NCBI GenBank assembly: GCA_005223125.1
Contig: NJBH01000007.1
Span: 85,097-149,096, forward strand
Source: Promethearchaeota archaeon Loki_b32
GTDB taxonomy: Archaea; Asgardarchaeota; Lokiarchaeia; Sigyniarchaeales; SOKP01
Direction of reading: 5' to 3'
Length of the DNA: 64,000 bases
Below the pieces are notes generated by a model. It worked only from the letters and a program-made list of their open reading frames with translations. It did not search any database and was not told the origin of the DNA. This document shows positions 40,659-49,444 of the stretch, piece by piece. Made by a program: the position numbers and the translations under genes. Positions within the stretch are counted from its first letter, which is position 1. Each line of letters starts with the position of its first letter.

Positions 40659-41630
40659 ATGCTTATTCTAATTATATTTAGTATAAACATGAATAATGTA
40701 GATATTGTTGGTTTAGGAGAGGTTGTGGTAGATTGGGTTACAGAGATACCTAATTTTCCTAAGCCAGATGAGAAGATTAATGCTATTTCCGAAAACTATT
40801 TCTCTGGAGGTGGAACACCCAATTATCTAGTTGATGTAGCGCGTCTTGGAGTTTCTTGCGGATTTATTGGGGCTGTTGGGGATGACCCATACGGAGATTT
40901 TTTAATAGAAGATTTTAGAAACGAAAAAGTAGATACAAAATTTACTTTAAAAAGAAAAGGAAAGAAAACACCAGTGAATTTTATTTTTGTAGTAAAAGGA
41001 GAAAAAACAATAATACAATCTCCCCATATGTTAACAACCAAATTAGATCTTACAGATTTGGAAGAAACTTATATTTCTAAATCTAAAGTTCTGCATACAA
41101 CATTGATCCACCCTAAATTATCAGAAAGAGCAATTAAATTAGCATTAGAATATGGTGTTAAAATTAGTATTGACTTGGAATCTCAGATCGCTCAACAAGG
41201 CTGGAATAATTTAAAAAAAATGTTACTAAACGCAGATATTTTAATTCCTAACAAGGAAGGCCCTAAAATGATAACAAAATGTAAAAATTCTAAGGATGCT
41301 GCTAAAAAATTAGTTGAATACGGGATCCCAATTGTAATAATTACATTAGGAAATAAAGGAGCTTTGGTTACTACTGAAGAATTTCAAAAGGAAATTCCTG
41401 CTTATAACTCTGAGAATATTGTTGATACAACAGGGGCAGGAGATGCTTTTAATGGTGCGTTTTCAGTTGCCTATTGGATTAAGAATTGGACTTTAGAAAA
41501 ATCTATCAAGTTTGCAAACGGAGCAGCAGCACTAAAAATCCAAAAATTAGGCGCTAGAACCGGTATGCCTAATGAAGCGAAACTATTACAGTTTTTAAAG
41601 GAGAATGGAGAAATAAATTTGTTTAATTGA
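40659..41630 (+). CDS. PfkB-family carbohydrate kinase (start probably at the second Met)
   Basis: GG...N...ARLG, VGDD..G, PNKEG, TLGNKG, DTTGAGDAFNGAF. Confidence 0.93.
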   Translation: MLILIIFSINMNNVDIVGLGEVVVDWVTEIPNFPKPDEKINAISENYFSGGGTPNYLVDVARLGVSCGFIGAVGDDPYGDFLIEDFRNEKVDTKFTLKRKGKKTPVNFIFVVKGEKTIIQSPHMLTTKLDLTDLEETYISKSKVLHTTLIHPKLSERAIKLALEYGVKISIDLESQIAQQGWNNLKKMLLNADILIPNKEGPKMITKCKNSKDAAKKLVEYGIPIVIITLGNKGALVTTEEFQKEIPAYNSENIVDTTGAGDAFNGAFSVAYWIKNWTLEKSIKFANGAAALKIQKLGARTGMPNEAKLLQFLKENGEINLFN

Positions 41631-41645
41631 ACATATTTTAGATTT

Positions 41646-42086
41646 TTATTGAGATATTATACAGATACTACTGTAATTTTGTGTATTCTCTAAAATATCA
41701 TTATAGGTTTCTAAAATGTTCTTTCCTTTAGTATCTTTGAGGTGAGTATTAAAAGGCCAAACTCCTATGATGATATCTCCTAATTTCTTAATATTACCTA
41801 TCAAATACCCCCTTTTTTCCTCATCTGGTTTAAGTGAAAACAAGATTACCAGATAATAATTATATGTATAATCAACCAACGGATTTCCAATGATGAGAAC
41901 TTCTTCAATATTTTGAAAATTTAATATATCTTGATTTGTTTCGCTTAATTTTTTCAATTCTAAAATAGACTTTGCAGAAATGGATAAAGGTTTTTCAAAA
42001 TTTAGATTTTTAAAACTTAAAGTAAGGTTTTTATTTTCAAATCGCTCCTGTGCTTTAAAAATTACTTTAAAAATAATAGAATCCAT
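41646..42086 (-). CDS. Hypothetical protein
   Basis: 146-aa ORF downstream of aIF1 on the same strand; no recognised motif. Confidence 0.65.
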   Translation of the reverse strand: MDSIIFKVIFKAQERFENKNLTLSFKNLNFEKPLSISAKSILELKKLSETNQDILNFQNIEEVLIIGNPLVDYTYNYYLVILFSLKPDEEKRGYLIGNIKKLGDIIIGVWPFNTHLKDTKGKNILETYNDILENTQNYSSICIISQ

Positions 42087-42189
42087 AAAAATTATTTTAG
42101 TTAAATTAATTTATTAATTTATCAAATACAGTAGTTTTCCAACTTTTTTTAAGGTATATCTTTCGATAGTTATACAATTTCAATGATTA

Positions 42190-42504
42190 TTATTGGATAA
42201 GAATATTTTCTTCAGGGAATCCTAGGTCGATTAAGAACTTTTTCATTTTAAAACGATGATCTCCTTGAAGTTCAACTTCATTATTTCTTACAGTTCCTCC
42301 AGAAGCACACTTTTTTTTTGCTTTTGTCAATATATTCTTTAGATTTACATCGAAATTACCAACGAATGTAATAACAGTAACAACACGCCCCCATTTCCTT
42401 CTATCATTAGAAATTACTATTTGTTGTTCATCGGCACTTAAACTATCACATATACATAGTTCTTTTGGAAAACTACATATAGGACAAATGTCGTCGTTTT
42501 TAAT
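42190..42504 (-). CDS. sui1: Translation initiation factor aIF1 (SUI1), 104 aa, apparent ATT start; missed by the ORF track
   Basis: (I/M)KNDDICPICSFPKELCICD...RRKWGRVVTVI...KKKCASGGTV..NEVELQGDHR..MKKFL..LGFPEENI; in-frame TAA at 42511-42513 rules out an upstream AUG. Confidence 0.93.
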   Translation of the reverse strand: MKNDDICPICSFPKELCICDSLSADEQQIVISNDRRKWGRVVTVITFVGNFDVNLKNILTKAKKKCASGGTVRNNEVELQGDHRFKMKKFLIDLGFPEENILIQ

Positions 42505-42876
42505 ACTCTCTTATCACAACCTTTATTGTAAATCTTTTAAAAATTTAGATCTAAAAAATAATAGAATTAAATCTTATAAAAATCTTTTTTATTTTGGAAA
42601 TAAACTTTTATAAAAATAATACTTTTTCAATTTGCTAGTTTCTTCATTGCAAAGTTATAGGATTTCAAAACCTTAAATTACGGTAAATGGAAATTTAATG
42701 ACTTAAATGAAAGTTTTTCTTAATTACTAATTTCTATCAAATTTAAATTAGTTTTTAGCCTATATTTTCCAAAATTTAGAATTGACCTTCCTAAACAAAA
42801 AATATTTAAAGAAAAATTTTTATTATTTATCAATAAGCTTATTCTTTATGTTAGAATTTTTATGTGATTCATTAAA

Positions 42877-43404
42877 ATGCAGAGCTCATGGATTTTTAAA
42901 GTAATTGTCGCGGGTGCAGGCGGTGTAGGAAAAACTGCGATGATTACGAGGTATTGTACGGGAAAATTCGAGGAGGGTTATAAAATGACAATTGGAGCAG
43001 GATTTCATACAAAATCTGAAGTGCTCGATACTGGAGAAGCCGTTAAAATGCAACTATGGGATTTTGCTGGCGAAAAACGATTCCGAGAACTCTTACCAGA
43101 TTATTGTAAAGGTGCTAGTGGGGGTTTTATATGTTTTGATATTAGTGATTATGATACTTTTAGAGAAATACCTGAATGGTTAAAGATTATTCGTCAAAAA
43201 GCCGGTTTTGTCCCCATCATTCTTATGGGAATGAAATGGGATCTTTCAGATCATGAAGTTGACTTTAATATCGCAAATGATTATGCTGCTAATGCAAAAT
43301 GTAATCAATGTGTATTCTGCTCCTCAAAAGATGATATAAATATAAATGAATCTTTTCAAGCTATGTCAAAATGGCTGATTTATTACGCCGCTCAATCTGA
43401 TTGA
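42877..43404 (+). CDS. Small Ras/Rab-like GTPase
   Basis: G1 GAGGVGKT, G2 YKMTIG, G3 WDFAGE, G4 MKWD, G5 CSSK; no prenylation motif. Confidence 0.92.
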   Translation: MQSSWIFKVIVAGAGGVGKTAMITRYCTGKFEEGYKMTIGAGFHTKSEVLDTGEAVKMQLWDFAGEKRFRELLPDYCKGASGGFICFDISDYDTFREIPEWLKIIRQKAGFVPIILMGMKWDLSDHEVDFNIANDYAANAKCNQCVFCSSKDDININESFQAMSKWLIYYAAQSD

Positions 43405-43518
43405 TTCAAATTTTAAAGAATCATTTTTATAAAAATAATTAAATACCCTTTAAATAATAGGTAAAAGCTAAATATTATATTAAATAAAATAATATATCAA
43501 TAAAAACATCATAAATCT

Positions 43519-43622
43519 GCCTCGGTAGCTCAGCTAGGTAGAGCACCCGGCTGTTAACTGGGCGGTCGCATGTTCGATTTTCCATCTAAATTATAGGTGC
43601 TACGGAATCCATGCCCGGGGCG
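43519..43622 (+). tRNA. tRNA-Asn(GUU) with T-loop intron (59/60: 43579-43608)
   Basis: CCCGG-CUGUUAA-CUGGG anticodon arm; GCAUG/CAUGC T-stem restored after removing a 30-nt insert with UUCG/CGGA central helix. Confidence 0.93.
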
Positions 43623-43721
43623 CATTTTCCTATCTAAATTTAAAACTTTCAATATTTTTCTCAAATTATATTGTAATATAGTATAATAGGCTTCTACTAT
43701 TCTGATTCAACATTATTGTTA

Positions 43722-44378
43722 CTATTTGTCCTTAGATATTAAATCTGGATATATGGGTTCAAATTTTGAAGTAAATATTTTCGGATTCTGCCAGATCTTA
43801 TCCTGCTCATTCCATTCAAGATTTTTTAATGGGTTGTAAGAATCTAAAAAAGCTAAACCTCCGTAAATGGATTTGATTAGATTTTTGCCATCGACCAGGT
43901 CATTCAATATTAAATAGTCTTTAATCTCTAAATATTCGAATAATAAATCAAATAAACGTATAAATTCACTGATTTCACACTTAGGAAAATAGATCTTGAT
44001 CATTAACCCATTTTGGAATTTTACTTCTTGTTCAAATCCGTAAATGAAATATTCTCCTTCAGTTTCATAGACAAACGCGAAATTAAAAAAGCTGAATATT
44101 TTAACCAGTGTATTATTCAGTTCTGATTTTAAATTCGGAATAATAATGTAGACTTTATCGTGAAGATCCAAGTTTTTTAAAGACAAATATGGAAAAATTA
44201 AGCCCTTTTCTAATAGATTGATGATGTGATTCACAGCTCTTGCTTTTTTAGTTCCTAAAAACGACTTTATATCAATGGAACGCCAATTATAAATATTAGA
44301 GAGAGATTCAAACTCAGGTGAATCTGGTCCAAAATATGATGAAATAAAATCATCTGTTGAATTAAGACATTCATTTAC
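43722..44378 (-). pseudogene. Probable 5'-truncated remnant of a larger hypothetical gene
   Basis: Frame stays open ~48 codons upstream of the GTG at 44234 with no start codon and runs into the opposite-strand remnant. Confidence 0.55.
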
Positions 44379-44940
44379 TCATGGAATAGAGAAGGAAGGT
44401 CTTAGTCAAATTACATTTAAATTAGATATAAAACAAAATTCAGGGGATATAATTGTTGGAGAGAAAAAATTAGAAAAAATTATTTCAGATTATAAAAAAT
44501 CCACTGACCAATTTTATAAATGGTTTTTCGAGGAGATTCAAACATACTATACAGAAGACATTAAACAAACCAATCTACTCATTAGAGAGGATAATAAAAG
44601 ATTTGGAATGTCAACTGATAAGACCGAGTCTAAAAAAGAAGTTGTTTGCTGGAAGTGTAAAAAACAATTATTATCAAATAAAAAATTAGGTATTTTGGAT
44701 GAAAACAATAATTTACTCGGTTATATATGTGATAAATGTAAGGAACAATATATTAAAAATATAACACAAAAATTAAAATGTTCCAAATGTGAAAACCTAT
44801 TGGCGGATTTGGAGATGACAGGTTACCCATTATTTAAAAAAAATCAAGTAATTGCAGAATTGTTTTATAAATGCAATAAATATGGTTATGAGGGTAATAT
44901 AAGTTTAAAAATTGGAATGAGAGAGTTTAGATTTAAATGA
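44293..44940 (+). pseudogene. Probable 5'-truncated HEPN-like (RxxxxH) plus zinc-finger gene; ATG ORF 44608-44940 is its C-terminal part
   Basis: 105 start-less codons in frame upstream of ATG 44608 including 'LRHSFTHG'; C-terminal CxxC motifs. Confidence 0.5.
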
Positions 44941-45020
44941 GCTAATTTGAGATAATAATAAATTCTCTAAAATCTAACTAGTCTAATACTTCAAATTATT
45001 TCCTTGAAAACTTTGGATCA

Positions 45021-45164
45021 CTAACGATGGTCCCGTTCATATATAAATCCCATACCACAATTAGGGCAATTACCCCTAAAACTATTTGAACCTGGTAGTG
45101 GATTCCAGCCAATTTTAACATGGCAAACAGGACAGTCAATGTTTCCGGGTGTTGATGCAGGCAT
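45021..45164 (-). CDS. 47-aa zinc-ribbon microprotein (not in ORF track)
   Basis: MPASTPGNIDCPVCHVKIGWNPLPGSNSFRGNCPNCGMGFIYERDHR; AAAGGAG SD upstream. Confidence 0.7.
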   Translation of the reverse strand: MPASTPGNIDCPVCHVKIGWNPLPGSNSFRGNCPNCGMGFIYERDHR

Positions 45165-45267
45165 TGATTAACTCCTTTATATGATTAATTAATGCTTTTA
45201 ATTTTATTTAAAATGATATGTCTTTTAATTTTTTGATTTATAAATCAAGAGAAATATTTTACTTCAT

Positions 45268-45504
45268 CTAAGGATATGTGTCTTGTCCTTCAATGTAATG
45301 TACTTCTCCAGTTTCTTGATTTCTTTCTAAAAAACGTATATTTTCTTTATTACAATCAGTCAATCTACCACATTGGGAACAACTCACCCTATTACCAATT
45401 AATAGAGAAGTATCATAAGACGTTACATTTCCAAAACCTATAGGGGATCTAAACCAGTTTTCACAATGAAGGCATCTTACCTCAATATTTATTTCTCTTG
45501 TCAT
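45268..45504 (-). CDS. Small zinc-ribbon protein (likely start MTREIN...)
   Basis: CLHC...CSQCG; the upstream extension to 45582 looks like AT-rich intergenic sequence. Confidence 0.7.
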   Translation of the reverse strand: MTREINIEVRCLHCENWFRSPIGFGNVTSYDTSLLIGNRVSCSQCGRLTDCNKENIRFLERNQETGEVHYIEGQDTYP

Positions 45505-45804
45505 ATGTGATATAATGTTTGTGAATAATTTAAACTTAATATTAAAGAAAAGATAATGTAAAGAAAAGACATGTACCAGCATGTTCTTGAGTATTATTTT
45601 TCTTTTTTCTTTTATTATTTATTTATCTTGAGCTCAGATTTTATCATTGTCAAAAAAAGAATTTTTTGATCTTTAAATACAAAAATTGAAATTAGAAAGA
45701 AAAGATTTAAAATTTTCAATGTTTTAAAATACTCTAGTATTAAAATAATTTAAAAAATCTATTGTCCGTTACATATTTTATATTTCATTAAATACTCTAT
45801 AAGT

Positions 45805-46818
45805 GTGCTAATATTGGAGGATTCTTTAGTTGATTACATCTTTTTAAGTAGAGAGGTCCCTCTTTCACTATCAATTCTTAGATTCATCAAAGAAAATAAT
45901 TTTCCTTATACTGAAATATTACGATTTTCAGAAAATCAGTTCAAATCATTCTTACAAAGTTTAAAAGATAATTACAAAATTCAGATTAAGAATATTGAAA
46001 AGAAAATATCAAACTTTAACACAAAAAACAATAAAAATACATTCGATAGAATTGAAAAGGAAATTGAGATCTGTAAACAGAATAGTATAAACTGCCTAAG
46101 TTATTTCAACAATAACTACCCTCAATTGTTAAAAAGAATTAAACTTCCTCCGAAATTAGTTTTTATTAAAGGATCCATTCAACTCCATGATGAAAAGGCT
46201 GTTGCGATCATAGGTACAAGGAACCCAACTCCATATGGTGCAGAGATGGCAAAACAAATCGCAAAAAGATTGAGTAAATTAGGTTTCACCATAATCAGTG
46301 GTTTTGCACGAGGTATTGATACAATTGCCATTAAAAGTGCTCTTGACAATGGCGGAAGGGCAATTGGAATCATTGCTTCAGGTATCTTGAACTTGTACCC
46401 GAAAGAAAATGAAACCTTGGTTAAAAGATTAGTTAGCAATGGAGCATTGATATCAGAAAGATTTCCATCAAGAAGTGTTACAAAAAATGCATTACAAATA
46501 CGAAATCGTATAACAAGTGGTTTAGCTTTAGGAAATATTTTTGTAGAGGGAAATAGATTTAGTGGATCTAAATGGCAATTGAGATATGGAAAGGAACAAG
46601 GAAGAATTTCAATAGCAGTGAAACCTATTGGAGACTATGAACAGGCTCATGTCCCCAACTTGGTCATAAATCAAGAACGTGGACCAGTGATATCTGATAT
46701 TGACGATGTTGATTATATAGCAGAAATATTGATGAATGAACTTGCAGAAAGGAAGAATTTGATATCTGAAAAGGATCGAATTATATCAAAGCAAACAAAC
46801 CTTTTTAAATTTGGTTAA
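45805..46818 (+). CDS. dprA: DNA-processing protein DprA/Smf
   Basis: YPQLL..I..PP..VF.KG, VAIIGTR..T.YG, ISGFARGID, G.LISE, RNRITSGLA. Confidence 0.93.
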   Translation: MLILEDSLVDYIFLSREVPLSLSILRFIKENNFPYTEILRFSENQFKSFLQSLKDNYKIQIKNIEKKISNFNTKNNKNTFDRIEKEIEICKQNSINCLSYFNNNYPQLLKRIKLPPKLVFIKGSIQLHDEKAVAIIGTRNPTPYGAEMAKQIAKRLSKLGFTIISGFARGIDTIAIKSALDNGGRAIGIIASGILNLYPKENETLVKRLVSNGALISERFPSRSVTKNALQIRNRITSGLALGNIFVEGNRFSGSKWQLRYGKEQGRISIAVKPIGDYEQAHVPNLVINQERGPVISDIDDVDYIAEILMNELAERKNLISEKDRIISKQTNLFKFG

Positions 46819-46830
46819 TAATTTCATTAC

Positions 46831-47925
46831 TTGAAAGAAGTAATGACAGAAATTAGAAATCTCCTTTTACTTAATGATAAAGTTCCAATACGTTTAATTA
46901 CAAAACCATATTGTAAAAAATGTATGAATCCAGTAGGTGAAGATGTTAATTTATGCAATTCGTGCACTGAATTTCCACATCCAAAAATCTCTGATTGGTT
47001 TTTTAATCGAATTGTTACATTGGGCATTTATAAAACATATGAAAATAAAGATTATAATAATATTCCGCTAAATATAAATTCAAGAATGATACTCAGATTG
47101 AAAGGGACAGTTCAAAAGAATAAAGATATTCTTGGTGAACTTTTTGCTGATGGATTATTTAAATTAACAAATAAATATCCATTTTTATTAGGAGATTTTA
47201 CTTATTTACTTATCCCCCCCAAAGATAATCCCTCGGAAGAAAACCAATGTAAGTATTTTTTAAATCCCTTCATTGATAAATTACGTCAACAAGGGTTTAA
47301 TATTGAAAATATATCTGCAAAGTTAAAAAGAAATAAAAGTATTGGCAAAAATAAGGGAAAATCTTTAGATGACAGATTTGAAGATGTAAGGGGTGTTCAT
47401 ACTCTTAATGAAATAAACCTTCAACGTAAAAATGTGTTGATTTTGGATGATGTTGTAACTTCAAAATCTACTATTTGGGATATTTCAAGAGAACTTAAAG
47501 AAAAAAATGCTGGTGAGATAAATGTTCTAACATTGGGAAGAAATTTACTTTCAATTAATAATAACATGGAAGAAGATGTTAGTTCAAATTTAAATTTTTA
47601 TGAATTAACAACATACTTTTCAAATTTAGATAATATTTTAGAATCTAAAAATATCGAAAAAGTGAAAATTAAAGAATCTGAAATTGCTGATACTAGAATT
47701 GGATGCAAAACAGATAAATATAATATTGAAATTGATTTTGAAAACTTGATTTTAGAACATAATTGTGATGATTTTCTTCGAAGACGTTATAAAAATAAAT
47801 CATTTTGTAAACATATTAGCAAGCTTTTCCTTTACATAAAAGAACAAAATGGAGAAGATTTTGCTAGAGAGAAATTATACAGTATATATAAAAAACTTCT
47901 ATATTGGAATTTTAGTTATAAATAA
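46831..47925 (+). CDS. ComF-like phosphoribosyltransferase with N-terminal zinc ribbon and C-terminal SWIM-like domain
   Basis: CKKC...CNSC; 'VLILDDVVTSKST...LK..AGEINVLTLGR' PRPP loop; C-terminal 'HNCDDF...FCKHI'. Confidence 0.85.
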   Translation: MKEVMTEIRNLLLLNDKVPIRLITKPYCKKCMNPVGEDVNLCNSCTEFPHPKISDWFFNRIVTLGIYKTYENKDYNNIPLNINSRMILRLKGTVQKNKDILGELFADGLFKLTNKYPFLLGDFTYLLIPPKDNPSEENQCKYFLNPFIDKLRQQGFNIENISAKLKRNKSIGKNKGKSLDDRFEDVRGVHTLNEINLQRKNVLILDDVVTSKSTIWDISRELKEKNAGEINVLTLGRNLLSINNNMEEDVSSNLNFYELTTYFSNLDNILESKNIEKVKIKESEIADTRIGCKTDKYNIEIDFENLILEHNCDDFLRRRYKNKSFCKHISKLFLYIKEQNGEDFAREKLYSIYKKLLYWNFSYK

Positions 47926-48089
47926 AACAAAACTACAAGAACAATAACCCATATATACCAATGAGACTGCCCCTCCCACTCCCACTCCCACTCTTTATCA
48001 ACTTTAAGAGCTCTCAATTGTACTCCACATTTAACACATATCACCTGATCCTCACGAACTTCACTATCACAACTCGGACATCTATCCAT
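47916..48089 (-). CDS. 57-aa zinc-ribbon tail-anchored microprotein (not in ORF track)
   Basis: MDRCPSC...CVKCGVQL...EWEWEWEG..WYIWVIVLVVLFYL; contains a (GAGTGG)x3 repeat. Confidence 0.7.
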   Translation of the reverse strand: MDRCPSCDSEVREDQVICVKCGVQLRALKVDKEWEWEWEGQSHWYIWVIVLVVLFYL

Positions 48090-48341
48090 GCCATATTATA
48101 AACCTTAGGTCAATTTAGACTTTACCTAAATTCATAAAATTAAAATCGTTGCTCAAAAACAGGTTAAAACAAATTAATAATTTTTTCTCTGAAAAGAAAT
48201 TTGATGAAAACTAAATATATATGATGATTTATCAATATGAAGAAATGGATTGAATAGCAAAAATATACGAATAAGGATTAGAAAATTATTTTTCTTTTAT
48301 AAAGCTTCAGAATAATTTTATTCAATCTTTAACCAAAGAGT

Positions 48342-48983
48342 TTGAATAAAATGACTGAAATTGAAAACCGTAATAGAACTAAGCTTAAATTACAGACCGA
48401 AAAATATCAACAATTGGAATTACTATTCGAAATTTATAATTTAAAAAATGTACGAGAAAAGTTAAGAAAGAAACTTGAATCTATAGAAAAAATGATTAAG
48501 CGAGATTGTGAGAGAAATCTTACTAATAGAATTGAAGCAATGAAAGTAATTTCTACAGAGAATAACGATCGCTTTAAAGAAGTTATGTCCAAGCTTAAAT
48601 CTTCATATAATATTTTCAAACTAGTGGAAGAGCTTGATAAAAACAATCAATACTTAGCAAATCTCAATAAGGAACGAAAGAGGGGTCGTGTTGATATGGA
48701 ACAATATGAAATTACTAAGGGGTATTATCTTCAGAAGGTAATAGATATTTATGAAAGTGTAAATCAATTGAAAGATCTCACGATTACCTATTACCATGAA
48801 TTAAAAGATGAATTGATTATGTTTGAAGATCAACGCATTAAATTAACCACAGAAAAGCTTAGAAAAATGATTACTAAGAAAGAATTCAATCAGAAGAGCA
48901 ATGAAATTGAATCATTAAAACATCAGTTGGAAGAAAAATTGGCATTTTTTGAAATAGAAATAATTGATTTAGAGTTAGAATAA
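48342..48983 (+). CDS. Coiled-coil hypothetical protein
   Basis: Heptad-rich, K/E-rich; two short 'G.VD.EQYE' / 'MITKKEF' SHOCT-like motifs. Confidence 0.7.
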   Translation: MNKMTEIENRNRTKLKLQTEKYQQLELLFEIYNLKNVREKLRKKLESIEKMIKRDCERNLTNRIEAMKVISTENNDRFKEVMSKLKSSYNIFKLVEELDKNNQYLANLNKERKRGRVDMEQYEITKGYYLQKVIDIYESVNQLKDLTITYYHELKDELIMFEDQRIKLTTEKLRKMITKKEFNQKSNEIESLKHQLEEKLAFFEIEIIDLELE

Positions 48984-49002
48984 AATTAGGGGGAATATAA
49001 GG

Positions 49003-49335
49003 ATGGTAAAATATTATAAACATAACAAAATCATTAAATTATTAGTAATTCTAGGTGCTCTTGCAGGATTTGTGTATTGCCTCTTCCAAATTTCGCGAAC
49101 AACTCAAATAAATAGTTGGAGTGAGATATTTGGTTTTGGTAGATTTATACGAAATCTTTTAGGAACTCTAATAGCTGCTGTGATATTATGGACCGCTCTA
49201 AAGCCTGATGATCCACTACCATATCATTGGTTACTTCTGCTACCTTTTTCCATACTCCTTACAATTTTCAGCTGGATAGGGGCAGGAATATTAACCATTA
49301 TTGGTTCGGTAGTTGCATTAATAGATGCTATTTGA
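49003..49335 (+). CDS. Small membrane protein (about 4 TM)
   Basis: Hydrophobic segments; AGGGGG SD-like motif upstream. Confidence 0.75.
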   Translation: MVKYYKHNKIIKLLVILGALAGFVYCLFQISRTTQINSWSEIFGFGRFIRNLLGTLIAAVILWTALKPDDPLPYHWLLLLPFSILLTIFSWIGAGILTIIGSVVALIDAI

Positions 49336-49444
49336 ATATCAAATTTCAAAATTTTTTTTATTTTTCATAGTTGGATGAAATTTTTCTTTAAATATGTTCA
49401 TAAAATTATATTTTAAAAATTAAAATTTCAAGAGATAAAAAAAA

